From NCBI GenBank assembly GCA_017643645.1, contig JAEPNB010000001.1, positions 450,049 to 514,048 on the forward strand: a DNA stretch of 64,000 nucleotides. The letters are read 5' to 3'. Origin of the DNA: Balneola sp. (GTDB taxonomy: Bacteria; Bacteroidota; Rhodothermia; Balneolales; Balneolaceae). Shown in pieces: positions 29,199 to 37,882 of the stretch. The notes below the pieces were generated by a model. The model did no database searches. It worked only from the letters and a program-made list of their open reading frames with translations, and was not told where the DNA came from. The position numbers and the translations under genes were made by a program. Within the stretch, counting starts at the first letter, position 1; every line of letters begins with the position of its first letter.

Positions 29199-29303
29199 GT
29201 AATTTCGAGATGAACAAAGGCGCAGCCAGAATAACCAAGAAATCTAAACATCTACGAAACCTACTCCACTATTTGTTGATTTCTCACATCCGTTCGAAAT
29301 GAC
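29199..29303. repeat. Nested palindromic element, copy E5 (beta type)
   Basis: GTAATTTCGAGATGAAC...CCAAGAAATCTAAACATCTACGAAACCTACTCCACTATTTGTTGATTTCTCACATCCGTTCGAAATGAC. Confidence 0.75.
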
Positions 29304-29468
29304 AAGAACGTTGCCTGCTTCCCGACCCTAAAGGGTCTCCTTGTTTAAGGTTTAAATCAATTGTGAAATTACAACGAAAAACTAAGTTAGCCGCTACCAC
29401 ACCTATTACTTATTCCATTATCCACCAATAACTAATCCACTTTGTTACTTTGCCACTCAACAACTCTG

Positions 29469-31286
29469 TCACTTCTTCAACCCCAACCAAGCATTTCTTC
29501 TCTCCACCTCTTTTCTACCAGCATTTTCATCAATCGTAGTTTGTAGTGTTTTGGAAGCTTCCAGCGTCACATCAAAGGTTTTTTCCTGTCCCCATCTTTC
29601 GATCACTACTTTAATTACATCGCCCGGTTTGTGATTTGCTAAGATCTCATCAACATTTTGTACTGAATTCAGATCCGTTCCTGAAATAGAGATAAACACA
29701 TCTTCTGATTCTATTCCTGCTTTGTAGATCGGACTGCCAACCGTTGCGTTTGAAGTCATTTTCCATTCATCATTTCGCTTTCGGATGGTTTCGCCTAAAC
29801 TCGCTTTGTTCGGTTCCGCTAATTCTAGCTTCACTCCTACTTCCGCAAATAATGATTCGTAATCAGGAAGTTTGCTGTCAAAGATGTAATTCTCAAAATA
29901 GTTGTCAGCGAATTCTTTGCCGGCATACTCTGCCAAAGCAACCTGCAGATCTTTAACCGTGTACGGAACTTCTGTCTTGCCGTATTTCATCCAAACGGAT
30001 TTCATAAAGTCGTCGAGATTTAGTCCTTTGTCTAAAGTTCTGAGAGAAAGATCTAATCCCAATCCAAGAACACTTCCGTATGTATAATATGACACAAACG
30101 TATTCGAGCGATTCACAGGATCTACTGATCGCGCCGCATCTACAAACGGAGCTTGATAACTCATTTCGATCGGATTAAAGTAATTTCTCCCCGGAGAATT
30201 GATCACGTAATTCAATCCGCCGTCTAATCCTTCTACATATTGCTTATCTGTTCTGATGTCAGCTCTGGCAAGTGTCAAGCCGGTGTAATAGCTCGTAAAT
30301 CCTTCGGCAAACCATAGCTCACCGCTCATATTCGCTTCTTCAAAATCGAAAGGCTCCAGGCTTGCCGGACGAATACGCTCTACATTCCATGCATGAAAAA
30401 ATTCGTGAGAGATAGTTCCGATACTGGTTTCTCCCAAAGGTCGGTCTAAGGGTTTTGAACTCACTACGTATGTAGAATTTCTATGCTCCATTCCATCTCC
30501 GCTGGCGTTGGGCATATAGCACGACAAAAATGTGTACTCATCGTAATCAAACTTCAGCAACTCGCCATAAATATCTCTCTGCGCTTTTACGATCGCCATC
30601 ACCTTGCCAAAATATTCATCCACTTCTTTATCTGAAGCCGGAGTGTGTAAAGCCAATCGGATATTCTGTCCGTCTACTTTTTCTTCACGGAAATGCATAT
30701 CTGCAATTTCGGTCGGACTGTCTAAAAAGTACTGAAGATCTTCAGCGTAATAGGTATTTCCTTCCACATGTTTTAGCTGTGTAGCGATTTCCCAGTTCAG
30801 ATCGTCTCTTTTGTTGAAAGTGATCTCGATCGGACGGTATTCATAGTTTCGTGCCCATGCAAAAGTCGCCGGCATGTTCATATGCGCATGCGTTTCGTCA
30901 ATTCCGGTGTACGTCCCTCCTCCTCTGTTCGCGTATAAAGTGTAGCTGAACTTCACGGTTCCATGATGACCGCTTACATTCCATTGATGTGGATTTGGTC
31001 GTGTTATTTCCAACTCATTTCCGTTTCCGTCTACGGCAGTTACATTGTACACGTTCTTGGCAAATTCATGAAGTGCATATCGTCCCGGAGACGTTCTGCT
31101 CATTCTAACTTCCAGCACTTTCTTTTCTACATTCGGAAAGGTGACTGAGATTTCTGCTTCGTGATGAACCGCATTTTCGAATGAGATCTCGTACTGATTA
31201 TGGGTTTGGGCAGAAGCCACATTCGTGGCGAATATTAAATATCCAACAAGGAATATTGAATAATGAAGTGCTAGAACTTTTTTCAT
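29469..31286 (-). CDS. M61-family (glycyl aminopeptidase-like) metallopeptidase with C-terminal PDZ-like domain
   Basis: HEFFHAWNVERIRP zinc motif, with a downstream ...WFAEGFTSYY. I prefer the start at 31286 (MKKVLALHYSIFLVGYLIFATNVASAQ signal peptide) over the track start at 31379. The C-terminal ~90 aa are PDZ-like (GSPIYKAGIESEDVFISISG). Confidence 0.8.
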   Translation of the reverse strand: MKKVLALHYSIFLVGYLIFATNVASAQTHNQYEISFENAVHHEAEISVTFPNVEKKVLEVRMSRTSPGRYALHEFAKNVYNVTAVDGNGNELEITRPNPHQWNVSGHHGTVKFSYTLYANRGGGTYTGIDETHAHMNMPATFAWARNYEYRPIEITFNKRDDLNWEIATQLKHVEGNTYYAEDLQYFLDSPTEIADMHFREEKVDGQNIRLALHTPASDKEVDEYFGKVMAIVKAQRDIYGELLKFDYDEYTFLSCYMPNASGDGMEHRNSTYVVSSKPLDRPLGETSIGTISHEFFHAWNVERIRPASLEPFDFEEANMSGELWFAEGFTSYYTGLTLARADIRTDKQYVEGLDGGLNYVINSPGRNYFNPIEMSYQAPFVDAARSVDPVNRSNTFVSYYTYGSVLGLGLDLSLRTLDKGLNLDDFMKSVWMKYGKTEVPYTVKDLQVALAEYAGKEFADNYFENYIFDSKLPDYESLFAEVGVKLELAEPNKASLGETIRKRNDEWKMTSNATVGSPIYKAGIESEDVFISISGTDLNSVQNVDEILANHKPGDVIKVVIERWGQEKTFDVTLEASKTLQTTIDENAGRKEVERRNAWLGLKK

Positions 31287-31463
31287 AGATAAAATTTTTG
31301 AATTGAACATCTGAAGATGAGGAGCTTTATGGATTGGTGCAACTGATGTTACATCTCTTTGCGTATTCATTGCCATCATAAAGAAGTCGTCCTGATCCCG
31401 AAATATCGGGTCGAAGAATCTGCACTAATAGCTAAGTACCTTCGCTGATAATTCAAAGATTTT

Positions 31464-31541
31464 GTCATATCGATTGTAGCGAGATATCTAAAAATTGCCT
31501 TTAAAAGTATGTTTAGATTTCTCACATCCGTTCGAAATGAC
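31464..31541. repeat. Nested palindromic element, copy E6
   Basis: GTCATATCGATTGTAGCGAGATATCTAAAA...TTTAGATTTCTCACATCCGTTCGAAATGAC. Confidence 0.75.
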
Positions 31542-31556
31542 AAGGTTTGGAAGCAT

Positions 31557-31648
31557 GTCATCCTGAGGATGCTTCCGAAAGATCTGCGCAAATTCATACA
31601 TGTTCAGATTAACAAATATGCAGATTCTTCGCTTTCGCTCTGAATGAC
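31557..31648. repeat. Nested palindromic element, variant copy E7
   Basis: GTCATCCTGAGG...AGATCTGC ... GCAGATTCT...CTCTGAATGAC. It has the same two-tier palindrome architecture built from different words. Confidence 0.6.
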
Positions 31649-31657
31649 AATATTGCT

Positions 31658-31804
31658 GTCATCCCGAAGTGGAAATGCTTAGTTGAAGGAATAGCTTTTA
31701 ACACGAGGGATCTCAAATGATAGATCTGTCCACATTTTTGATTTGAGACCCTTCGGCGTATTACACTTTTGGAACATTATTAAATTTGGACCGCTCAGGG
31801 TGAC
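31658..31804. repeat. Degenerate variant copy or copies, E8
   Basis: GTCATCCCGAAG ... GGGATCTCAAAT / ATTTGAGACCC ... CTTCGG, and a detached right arm CTCAGGGTGAC at 31794-31804. The boundaries are uncertain. Confidence 0.4.
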
Positions 31805-31876
31805 AGCACACGTCTGACATTTACCTCGATACCTCGTTCTTCTATCAAGTGGATTTAACTCAGCATCATTAGTTTT

Positions 31877-31971
31877 GTCATTTCGAAGGAGCTTTCCGAC
31901 TGAGAAATCTAAAGATCGTCTTTAATACTGATTCTTAGATTTCTCTCCCGAATTATCGGGAGAGAAATGAC
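31877..31971. repeat. Nested palindromic element, copy E9
   Basis: GTCATTTCGAAGGAGCTTTCCGACTGAGAAATCTAAAG ... TTAGATTTCTCTCCCGAATTATCGGGAGAGAAATGAC. Confidence 0.75.
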
Positions 31972-32059
31972 AGCCTCGTGGACATTCAAGACTTTTCTAC
32001 GCTATAGCTTTTTGTAACATATAATTTTATCAGCTACATTCGTGTATTAAATAAATAGA

Positions 32060-32647
32060 ATGTATATACGCAATGCGTGTATGCATAAGTTGTGCTCAAT
32101 TAAAATGACCAAACTGACAGACATATTAAAAGAAACTATTCCTCTCCAAGAACACTCTTGGAAATGGATGTTTGAAAATGAAGACGGTCATTTACCGACA
32201 ACTGAACATCTTGACCAAATTTTCCCATTGGACTCTAAGGCTTCGAATTACCTATGGAAATTTGAGAATGAAATAAAGCTTAACACATTCGACCCTGAAA
32301 CCAAACGATATTTTAAGGACTTTGAGAAATTTAGTTTCGGTGACAACATGGAGAAAGAAGTCAAAAAATGGCTTTTCAATCGACAAGTCAAATTTGACAA
32401 CATTGTTTACATGACCTTTCAACCGACAGTTGCTTTTGCAATGACATGGAAAATGGCAATCCATTATTCAGCGAATTTATTCTTTGGACACGATACGACC
32501 ATTTGGGACAGGACATTAAATTGGGCATTGTACTATGACCACAATGACGTATTCTATTTTGCCAAGAACAGAATTTACGATGGACAAGAAGAAAAACTAA
32601 AATTGGACAGACTAATAAAAGAAATAACTGTGCACAACAACACCTAA
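32060..32647 (+). CDS. Hypothetical protein (orphan)
   Basis: 195-aa ORF. An alternative start at 32105 (MTKLTDILKE...) seems more likely. It is Trp/Phe-rich and has no recognisable motifs. It lies between repeat-rich DNA and the 3' end of hmgA. Confidence 0.5.
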   Translation: MYIRNACMHKLCSIKMTKLTDILKETIPLQEHSWKWMFENEDGHLPTTEHLDQIFPLDSKASNYLWKFENEIKLNTFDPETKRYFKDFEKFSFGDNMEKEVKKWLFNRQVKFDNIVYMTFQPTVAFAMTWKMAIHYSANLFFGHDTTIWDRTLNWALYYDHNDVFYFAKNRIYDGQEEKLKLDRLIKEITVHNNT

Positions 32648-32754
32648 AGCTAATGTGGCTAGTACGTCTTCGGCAGACACTGACGCGGTACACGATAACG
32701 ATCTCGGTTCTTTAGAAACTTACGAAAAGCCGCACTAGCTTTAGCCAAACCGTT

Positions 32755-33912
32755 TCACTTCCCCTCTAACCAAGAATACGGATAGCTCGGATCGTCTAAT
32801 CGCATTGCTTCTTCAGTGACGTACATCGGCTTAAAGGTATCGATCATCACTGCATATTCATCTGTTTCTTCAGCGCCGATGCTGGCTTCTGCTTTTCCGG
32901 GATGTGGTCCATGTGGAATTCCTCCGGGATGAAGCGTGATGCTTGCGTAATCCATTCCTTTTCTGCTCATGAAATCGCCTTCCACATAGTACAGCATTTC
33001 ATCTGAATCTACATTTGAATGATTATATGGCGCCGGAATAGCATCCGGATGATAATCGAATTTCCTTGGACAGAAACTGCAAACCACATAATTATGTCCA
33101 CGGAAAGTTTGATGTACCGGTGGCGGTTGGTGAACGCGTCCGGTGATCGGCTCAAAATCCTTGATATTGAAGATCCACGGATATAAATATCCATCCCAGC
33201 CAACTACATCTAACGGATGATGATCAAAAGTATAATGATGCATTCTTCCGCCCTTCTTGATACGGACTTCAAACTCTCCATCGCCTTCAAAGAACAATTG
33301 TTCTTGTGGTAAGCGGAAATCACGTTCGCAAAATGGTGAGTTTTCCATGAACTGTCCCATTTCTGATAAATAGCGTTTTGGGAAATCAATGGGTCCGGTA
33401 GAATCTACGGTCAGTACACGGTTCTTATCCGTATCAAAATTCATTTGGTAGGTCGTTCCACGCGGGATGTAAATGTAATCTCCGTATCCGAAATCCAATC
33501 TCCCAAAGTTGGTTTGCAGATGTCCTGTTCCTTCATGAATGAACAACAACTCATCATGTTCTCCATTTCGATAGAAATAATTCATGGCGTCGGTTGGTCT
33601 CATCACTCCGATCTGAAGATCGTTATTGAACATCAAAACCTTCCTTCCGGTAATGGCATCTCCGCCTGTTGGAATATCTTTGGTCTTCAAATGACGATGA
33701 CGAAGCGTTTGATCATCCGCCGCTTTTACTTCGATCTTTGCTCCTTGCTCGATCTTGGTAACTCGTGTCGGCATATGATAATGGTACAGCAATGAGCTGT
33801 TTCCATGAAAACCTTCAGCTCCGAATAATTCTTCCGTAAACAATTCTCCGTCCGGTCGGCGAAAAACCGTATGACGTTTATGCGGGATGGTTCCTAATGC
33901 GTGGTAGTACAT
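32755..33912 (-). CDS. hmgA: Homogentisate 1,2-dioxygenase
   Basis: 385 aa. Family-typical stretches are MYYHALGTIPHKRHT, EELFG.EGF, HQPPPVHQTF and SITLHPGGIPHGPHPG. Confidence 0.9.
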   Translation of the reverse strand: MYYHALGTIPHKRHTVFRRPDGELFTEELFGAEGFHGNSSLLYHYHMPTRVTKIEQGAKIEVKAADDQTLRHRHLKTKDIPTGGDAITGRKVLMFNNDLQIGVMRPTDAMNYFYRNGEHDELLFIHEGTGHLQTNFGRLDFGYGDYIYIPRGTTYQMNFDTDKNRVLTVDSTGPIDFPKRYLSEMGQFMENSPFCERDFRLPQEQLFFEGDGEFEVRIKKGGRMHHYTFDHHPLDVVGWDGYLYPWIFNIKDFEPITGRVHQPPPVHQTFRGHNYVVCSFCPRKFDYHPDAIPAPYNHSNVDSDEMLYYVEGDFMSRKGMDYASITLHPGGIPHGPHPGKAEASIGAEETDEYAVMIDTFKPMYVTEEAMRLDDPSYPYSWLEGK

Positions 33913-33961
33913 TTTAATGAATTAAGAATGAAAAATTTAAAATTAAGAATTCTTCTTTTTT

Positions 33962-34046
33962 GTCATATCGAGCAAAGCGAGATATCTAAAGATAGCTTTT
34001 AAGTAACTCTTTAGATTTCTCAGTCGACAAGCTCTTTCGAAATGAC
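33962..34046. repeat. Nested palindromic element, copy E10
   Basis: GTCATATCGAGCAAAGCGAGATATCTAAAG ... CTTTAGATTTCTCAGTCGACAAGCTCTTTCGAAATGAC. By my alignment, 80 of 85 nt are identical to the reverse complement of E11. Confidence 0.85.
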
Positions 34047-34084
34047 AAATCATTCTTAATTTTTCATTTTGAATTTTGAATTTC

Positions 34085-35221
34085 TTACAAGTTTCCTCGT
34101 AATTCTTGTTCGCGTTCGATGGCTTCAAAAAGTGCTTTGAAGTTTCCTTTTCCGAATCCACGAGCACCTTTTCGCTGAATGATCTCATAAAACAATGTTG
34201 GACGATCTACTACAGGTTTCGTAAATATCTGAAGCAAATATCCTTCATCATCTCGATCAACCAGAATTCCAAGATCAGCGAGTACATCAATGGGCTCATC
34301 GATCTTCCCTACTCTTTCTTCCAGTTCTTCGTAATAGGTTGTTGGCACTTTAAGAAAGTCCACTCCCCTGTCACGAAGTTTGGTCACCGTATCAATAATA
34401 TCTGCTGTGAGTAAAGCTACGTGTTGAACTCCAGGTCCTTCAAAGAAATCCAGATATTCTTCGATTTGTGATTTCTTCACACCATCAGCCGGCTCATTGA
34501 TCGGAAATTTTATCATTCCCCTACCGCCTGCCATCACTTTACTCATCAAAGCGGTGTATTCGGTAGAAATATCTTTGTCATCAAAACTGATGTATTGCGT
34601 GAAACCAAGAACATCTCTGTAAAAAGCTACCCAGGTGTCCATTTCACCTAATTCTACGTTTCCAACACAGTGATCCACAAACTGAACACCCACAGGTTCG
34701 GTCTTGATCAGACTTTCTTTAGCAACAAATTTCGGAAAGAAAATACCATCGTATTCTGTTCTGTTTATGAAAGAGTGAATTACATCACCGTAGGTTCTGA
34801 TGGCTGCTTTTCTGATCGTTCCGTCGCCGTCAGTTATGGAATGCGGCTCTTCAACAACTTCCGCTCCTCTTTTAACGCTTTCCTTGAATGCACGATCTAC
34901 ATCTTCCACATGCATTGCAATATCTTTGATCCCATCTCCATGTTTATGCACAAACTCCGAAATGGGTGACTTACTGCTTAACGGAGCTGTTATCACAAAT
35001 CGAATATTTCCTTGCTCCAGATAATAAGAAGATCTATCCCGAACTCCGGTTTCCAAACCTGAGTAAGCTTTTAGTTGAAATCCGAAAGTGGTTATGTAGT
35101 AGTGAGCGGTCTGCTTAGCATTGCTGACATAGTGCTCCACATAATCCACGTCCTGTAATCCCAAATGGTCATCAAATTCTTCTTCTATTTCTCTTTCCAG
35201 TACGTTGTCTTGATCTTTCAT
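34085..35221 (-). CDS. hppD: 4-hydroxyphenylpyruvate dioxygenase
   Basis: 378 aa with two VOC-fold halves. Motifs are HGDGIKDIA, FVDHCVGNVE, GVQHVAL, LLQIFTKP, RPTLFYEIIQR and GFGKGNFKALFEAIE. Confidence 0.92.
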   Translation of the reverse strand: MKDQDNVLEREIEEEFDDHLGLQDVDYVEHYVSNAKQTAHYYITTFGFQLKAYSGLETGVRDRSSYYLEQGNIRFVITAPLSSKSPISEFVHKHGDGIKDIAMHVEDVDRAFKESVKRGAEVVEEPHSITDGDGTIRKAAIRTYGDVIHSFINRTEYDGIFFPKFVAKESLIKTEPVGVQFVDHCVGNVELGEMDTWVAFYRDVLGFTQYISFDDKDISTEYTALMSKVMAGGRGMIKFPINEPADGVKKSQIEEYLDFFEGPGVQHVALLTADIIDTVTKLRDRGVDFLKVPTTYYEELEERVGKIDEPIDVLADLGILVDRDDEGYLLQIFTKPVVDRPTLFYEIIQRKGARGFGKGNFKALFEAIEREQELRGNL

Positions 35222-35592
35222 CGTTATATTTTTACAAACTGTTCAGGTTGGCATTCAACAGTACTGCAAAATATTGAGTTGCTGTAGCTCTTGAATGAAA
35301 TTTCGGTCTACCCAACTACTACTTTTATCCGATTATTGAAAATAAATGACTGCTTTGCCTTTTACTAGATAATTATACTTCATTGAGTAGAACTATTAAT
35401 GTTGCTAAGCACGTCATTTTTGATCCATTTTATCTCCGGATATCTAAATTTGGAATGATGTTTAATAATAACTTTATAAAATGTATGAAAGGAAATGAAT
35501 AAACAAAAATCAATAGTCTGCTTTTATTATATTCAAGGAATGTAATTCTTTTAAAGGATGTTATGCTACTGAAATAAAAAAGCGCTTACACC

Positions 35593-36537
35593 ATGGAAAC
35601 ACAACAGCAATTAGACGACTTTCAAGCCCGAATTGACGCCGGCGAAAAGATAGAACCCAAAGACTGGATGCCTGAGCGCTATCGGGAACAGATCATTCGC
35701 ATGGGTAGCCAGCACGCACATTCTGAGATCGTAGGTATGCTTCCTGAAGGAAATTGGATCTCCAGAGCTCCATCACTTAAAAGAAAATTAGTACTTCTTG
35801 CTAAAGTTCAGGATGAAGCCGGACACGGATTATATTTATACAGCGCTATTGAAACTCTTGGAGTGAGACGCAGTGAACTTATCGATCAATATCTGTACGG
35901 GAACGCTAAATATTCCAGTATTTTCAATTATCCGACCTTAAGCTATGCGGATGTTTGCGTGATCGGTTGGCTGGTTGATGGTGCGGCTATTGTAAACCAA
36001 ACTAAGTTAGCGCATTCCAGTTATGGACCATACGCAAGAGCGAACCTTAGAATTTGTAAAGAAGAAAGTTTCCACAAAAAGCAGGGTTACGAAATGGTAG
36101 CCAAGCTTGCTGAAGGAACTCCGGCTCAACGCAAAATGGTGCAAAGTGCTGTTGATCGTTTTTGGTGGCCAACTTTGATGATGTTTGGACCAAATGATTC
36201 TAACTCTCCAAACAGTGCTGAATTACTGAAATGGCAAGTTAAACTTAATACCAACGACGAGCTTCGTCAACATTTCGTAGACAGAGTGGTTATGGAAGCT
36301 GAAGCAGTTGGGTTAACGCTTCCTGATCCGGATCTGAAATTTAATGAAGAAACCGGTCACTGGGAATTTGGTGAAATTCCGTGGGATGAATTTTGGGACG
36401 TAGTAAAAGGAAATGGCGTTATGAACCGCGAGAGAATTAAATCACGAAGAAAAGCACATGAAGATGGAGCTTGGGTTCGTGAAGCTGCACAAGCGTACGC
36501 CAGAAAGAAAAATTTAAGCCGCGAAAAGGCTTCTTAA
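35593..36537 (+). CDS. paaA: 1,2-phenylacetyl-CoA epoxidase, catalytic subunit A
   Basis: 314 aa. Di-iron ferritin-like motifs are present ([29 protein letters not shown]). It is followed by paaB, paaC and paaD. Confidence 0.9.
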   Translation: METQQQLDDFQARIDAGEKIEPKDWMPERYREQIIRMGSQHAHSEIVGMLPEGNWISRAPSLKRKLVLLAKVQDEAGHGLYLYSAIETLGVRRSELIDQYLYGNAKYSSIFNYPTLSYADVCVIGWLVDGAAIVNQTKLAHSSYGPYARANLRICKEESFHKKQGYEMVAKLAEGTPAQRKMVQSAVDRFWWPTLMMFGPNDSNSPNSAELLKWQVKLNTNDELRQHFVDRVVMEAEAVGLTLPDPDLKFNEETGHWEFGEIPWDEFWDVVKGNGVMNRERIKSRRKAHEDGAWVREAAQAYARKKNLSREKAS

Positions 36538-36556
36538 GATAATTAAACAAAGAATT

Positions 36557-36641
36557 GTCATTTCGAAGGAGCTTGTCGACAGAGAAATCTAAAGAGCTAT
36601 TTAAAAGCAATCTTTAGATATCTCGCTTTGCTCGATATGAC
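36557..36641. repeat. Nested palindromic element, copy E11 (inverted relative to E10)
   Basis: GTCATTTCGAAGGAGCTTGTCGACAGAGAAATCTAAAG ... CTTTAGATATCTCGCTTTGCTCGATATGAC in the paaA-paaB spacer. Confidence 0.85.
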
Positions 36642-36654
36642 AAAATCCAAATTA

Positions 36655-36954
36655 ATGAGCGAAAACAACGAAAAAGATTGGCCTCTGTGGGAGGTTTTTT
36701 ATCAACCTAAAAATGGCAAGCCTTATGAGCATGCCGGAAGCTTACACGCTTCTGATGCAGAAAATGCACTACAAAATGCCCGAGATGTGTATGCGCGAAG
36801 AAATGAAGGAATCGGAATCTGGGTAGTTCCGTCTGATCAGATCACTGCTTCCACGCCGGAAGATATGGGATCATTTTTTGATCCGGCATCTGATAAGCCG
36901 TACAGACATCCACAATTTTATAGTGTACCAAGAGCCGTAAAGAAAAGAAGCTAA
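36655..36954 (+). CDS. paaB: 1,2-phenylacetyl-CoA epoxidase subunit B
   Basis: MSENNEKDWPLWEVFYQPKNGKPYEHAGSLHA.DAE.AL.NARDVY.RR. The ~99-aa size fits PaaB. The track start at 36628 reads into repeat E11. Confidence 0.88.
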   Translation: MSENNEKDWPLWEVFYQPKNGKPYEHAGSLHASDAENALQNARDVYARRNEGIGIWVVPSDQITASTPEDMGSFFDPASDKPYRHPQFYSVPRAVKKRS

Positions 36955-36964
36955 TTCGTTAATT

Positions 36965-37001
36965 GTTATTAGTGTATTTGTGAAACCAAATAACTAATAA
37001 C
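36965..37001. repeat. Empty word-hairpin, class 1 (GTTATTAGT.TATTTG / CAAATAACTAATAAC), paaB|paaC spacer
   Basis: 15-bp stem with one bulged G and a 6-nt loop TGAAAC. The upstream extension GTTAATTGTTATT (36958-36970) is identical to the first 13 nt of the reverse complement of the right arm at 44109-44127. Confidence 0.75.
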
Positions 37002-37014
37002 CAATAACTATCAA

Positions 37015-37797
37015 ATGAATACAACGAAAGAATTATCAGTTAAAGAATCTAAAATAGCTTACCTGCTCAGGTTGGCCGATGATAGATTAATACTAGGACA
37101 GCGAATGTCAGAGTGGTGCGGTCATGGTCCGGTTTTGGAAGAAGATCTTGCTTTAGCGAACATGGCTCTCGATCTGATCGGACACGCTTCTTCACTATAC
37201 GCATACGCTGCAGAAGTTGAAGATGAAGGACGTGATGAAGATCACTTTGCCTATTTCAGAGATGACTACGAATTTACAAATCTCCAGCTGTATGAACTCC
37301 CGAAAGGGGATTTCGCTTTTACCATTGCCCGACAATTTTTGTTCAGTTCTTTCAGCTATTTTCAATATCAGCAACTTAAAGAAGCTAAAGACGAACAGTT
37401 TGCCGGAATGATCGACAAGCATTTTAAAGAGATCAAATATCATTTGAGACACTCCAGAGACTGGGTACTCAAGCTTGGAGATGGAACAGAAGAAAGCAAA
37501 AAAAGAATGCAAGAAGCTTTCGATGAACTTTGGATGTATACTGGAGAATTATTTTACATAGACGCCGTTGATGAAATGATGTTGGCTGAAGGAAATGGAG
37601 CTGATCTGTTATCATTCAAAGATGAGTGGAAGAAATTAGTGGAAGATACTTTAACTGAAGCCACATTAAGCGTTCCGGATTGGGATCAGTTTATGATGAG
37701 AGGAAGTCGAACGGGAATGCATACGGAGCATTTAGGTCATATGCTTGCTCAGATGCAGTTTTTAAGACGCTCGCATCCTGATGCTGATTGGAAGTAG
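37015..37797 (+). CDS. paaC: 1,2-phenylacetyl-CoA epoxidase subunit C
   Basis: 260 aa. LRLADDRLILGQRMSEWCGHGP.LEEDLALAN.ALDLIG is typical of PaaC. Gene order supports the call. Confidence 0.88.
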   Translation: MNTTKELSVKESKIAYLLRLADDRLILGQRMSEWCGHGPVLEEDLALANMALDLIGHASSLYAYAAEVEDEGRDEDHFAYFRDDYEFTNLQLYELPKGDFAFTIARQFLFSSFSYFQYQQLKEAKDEQFAGMIDKHFKEIKYHLRHSRDWVLKLGDGTEESKKRMQEAFDELWMYTGELFYIDAVDEMMLAEGNGADLLSFKDEWKKLVEDTLTEATLSVPDWDQFMMRGSRTGMHTEHLGHMLAQMQFLRRSHPDADWK

Positions 37798-37801
37798 GAA
37801 C

Positions 37802-37863
37802 AGTACTTAGTATTGAGATGTTAGATTTTAGCGTCGCTTAAATTAAGCTCAATACTAAGTACT
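37802..37863. repeat. Empty word-hairpin, class 2 (AGTACTTAGTATTGAG / CTCAATACTAAGTACT), paaC|paaD spacer
   Basis: 16-nt perfect inverted repeat, 37802-37817 with 37848-37863. The loop contains GTTAGATTTTAG. An extra CTCAATACTA copy lies at 37869-37878. Confidence 0.8.
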
Positions 37864-37882
37864 AATATCTCAATACTAAAAA

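Noticed and set aside
31376-31597. 73-aa minus-strand ORF upstream of the M61 peptidase, and the similar 81-aa ORF at 33943-34188
   Set aside because: Both are read through palindromic elements E6/E10, giving the shared ...LKAIFRYLA..DMTK... translation. They are repeat-derived artefacts. The second also overlaps the 3' end of hppD.
27845-31971. CRISPR array, because of many similar short repeats in a few kb
   Set aside because: The repeats are 75-105-nt two-tier palindromes in both orientations with irregular spacing, and genes lie between them. There are no uniform direct repeats, no spacer periodicity and no cas genes.
36628-36654. Longer paaB start (MLDMTKSKL...) given in the ORF track
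   Set aside because: The extra nine codons are the right arm of repeat E11 (..CTCGATATGACAAAATCC..). PaaB homologues begin near ...DWPLWEVF, so the ATG at 36655 is preferred.
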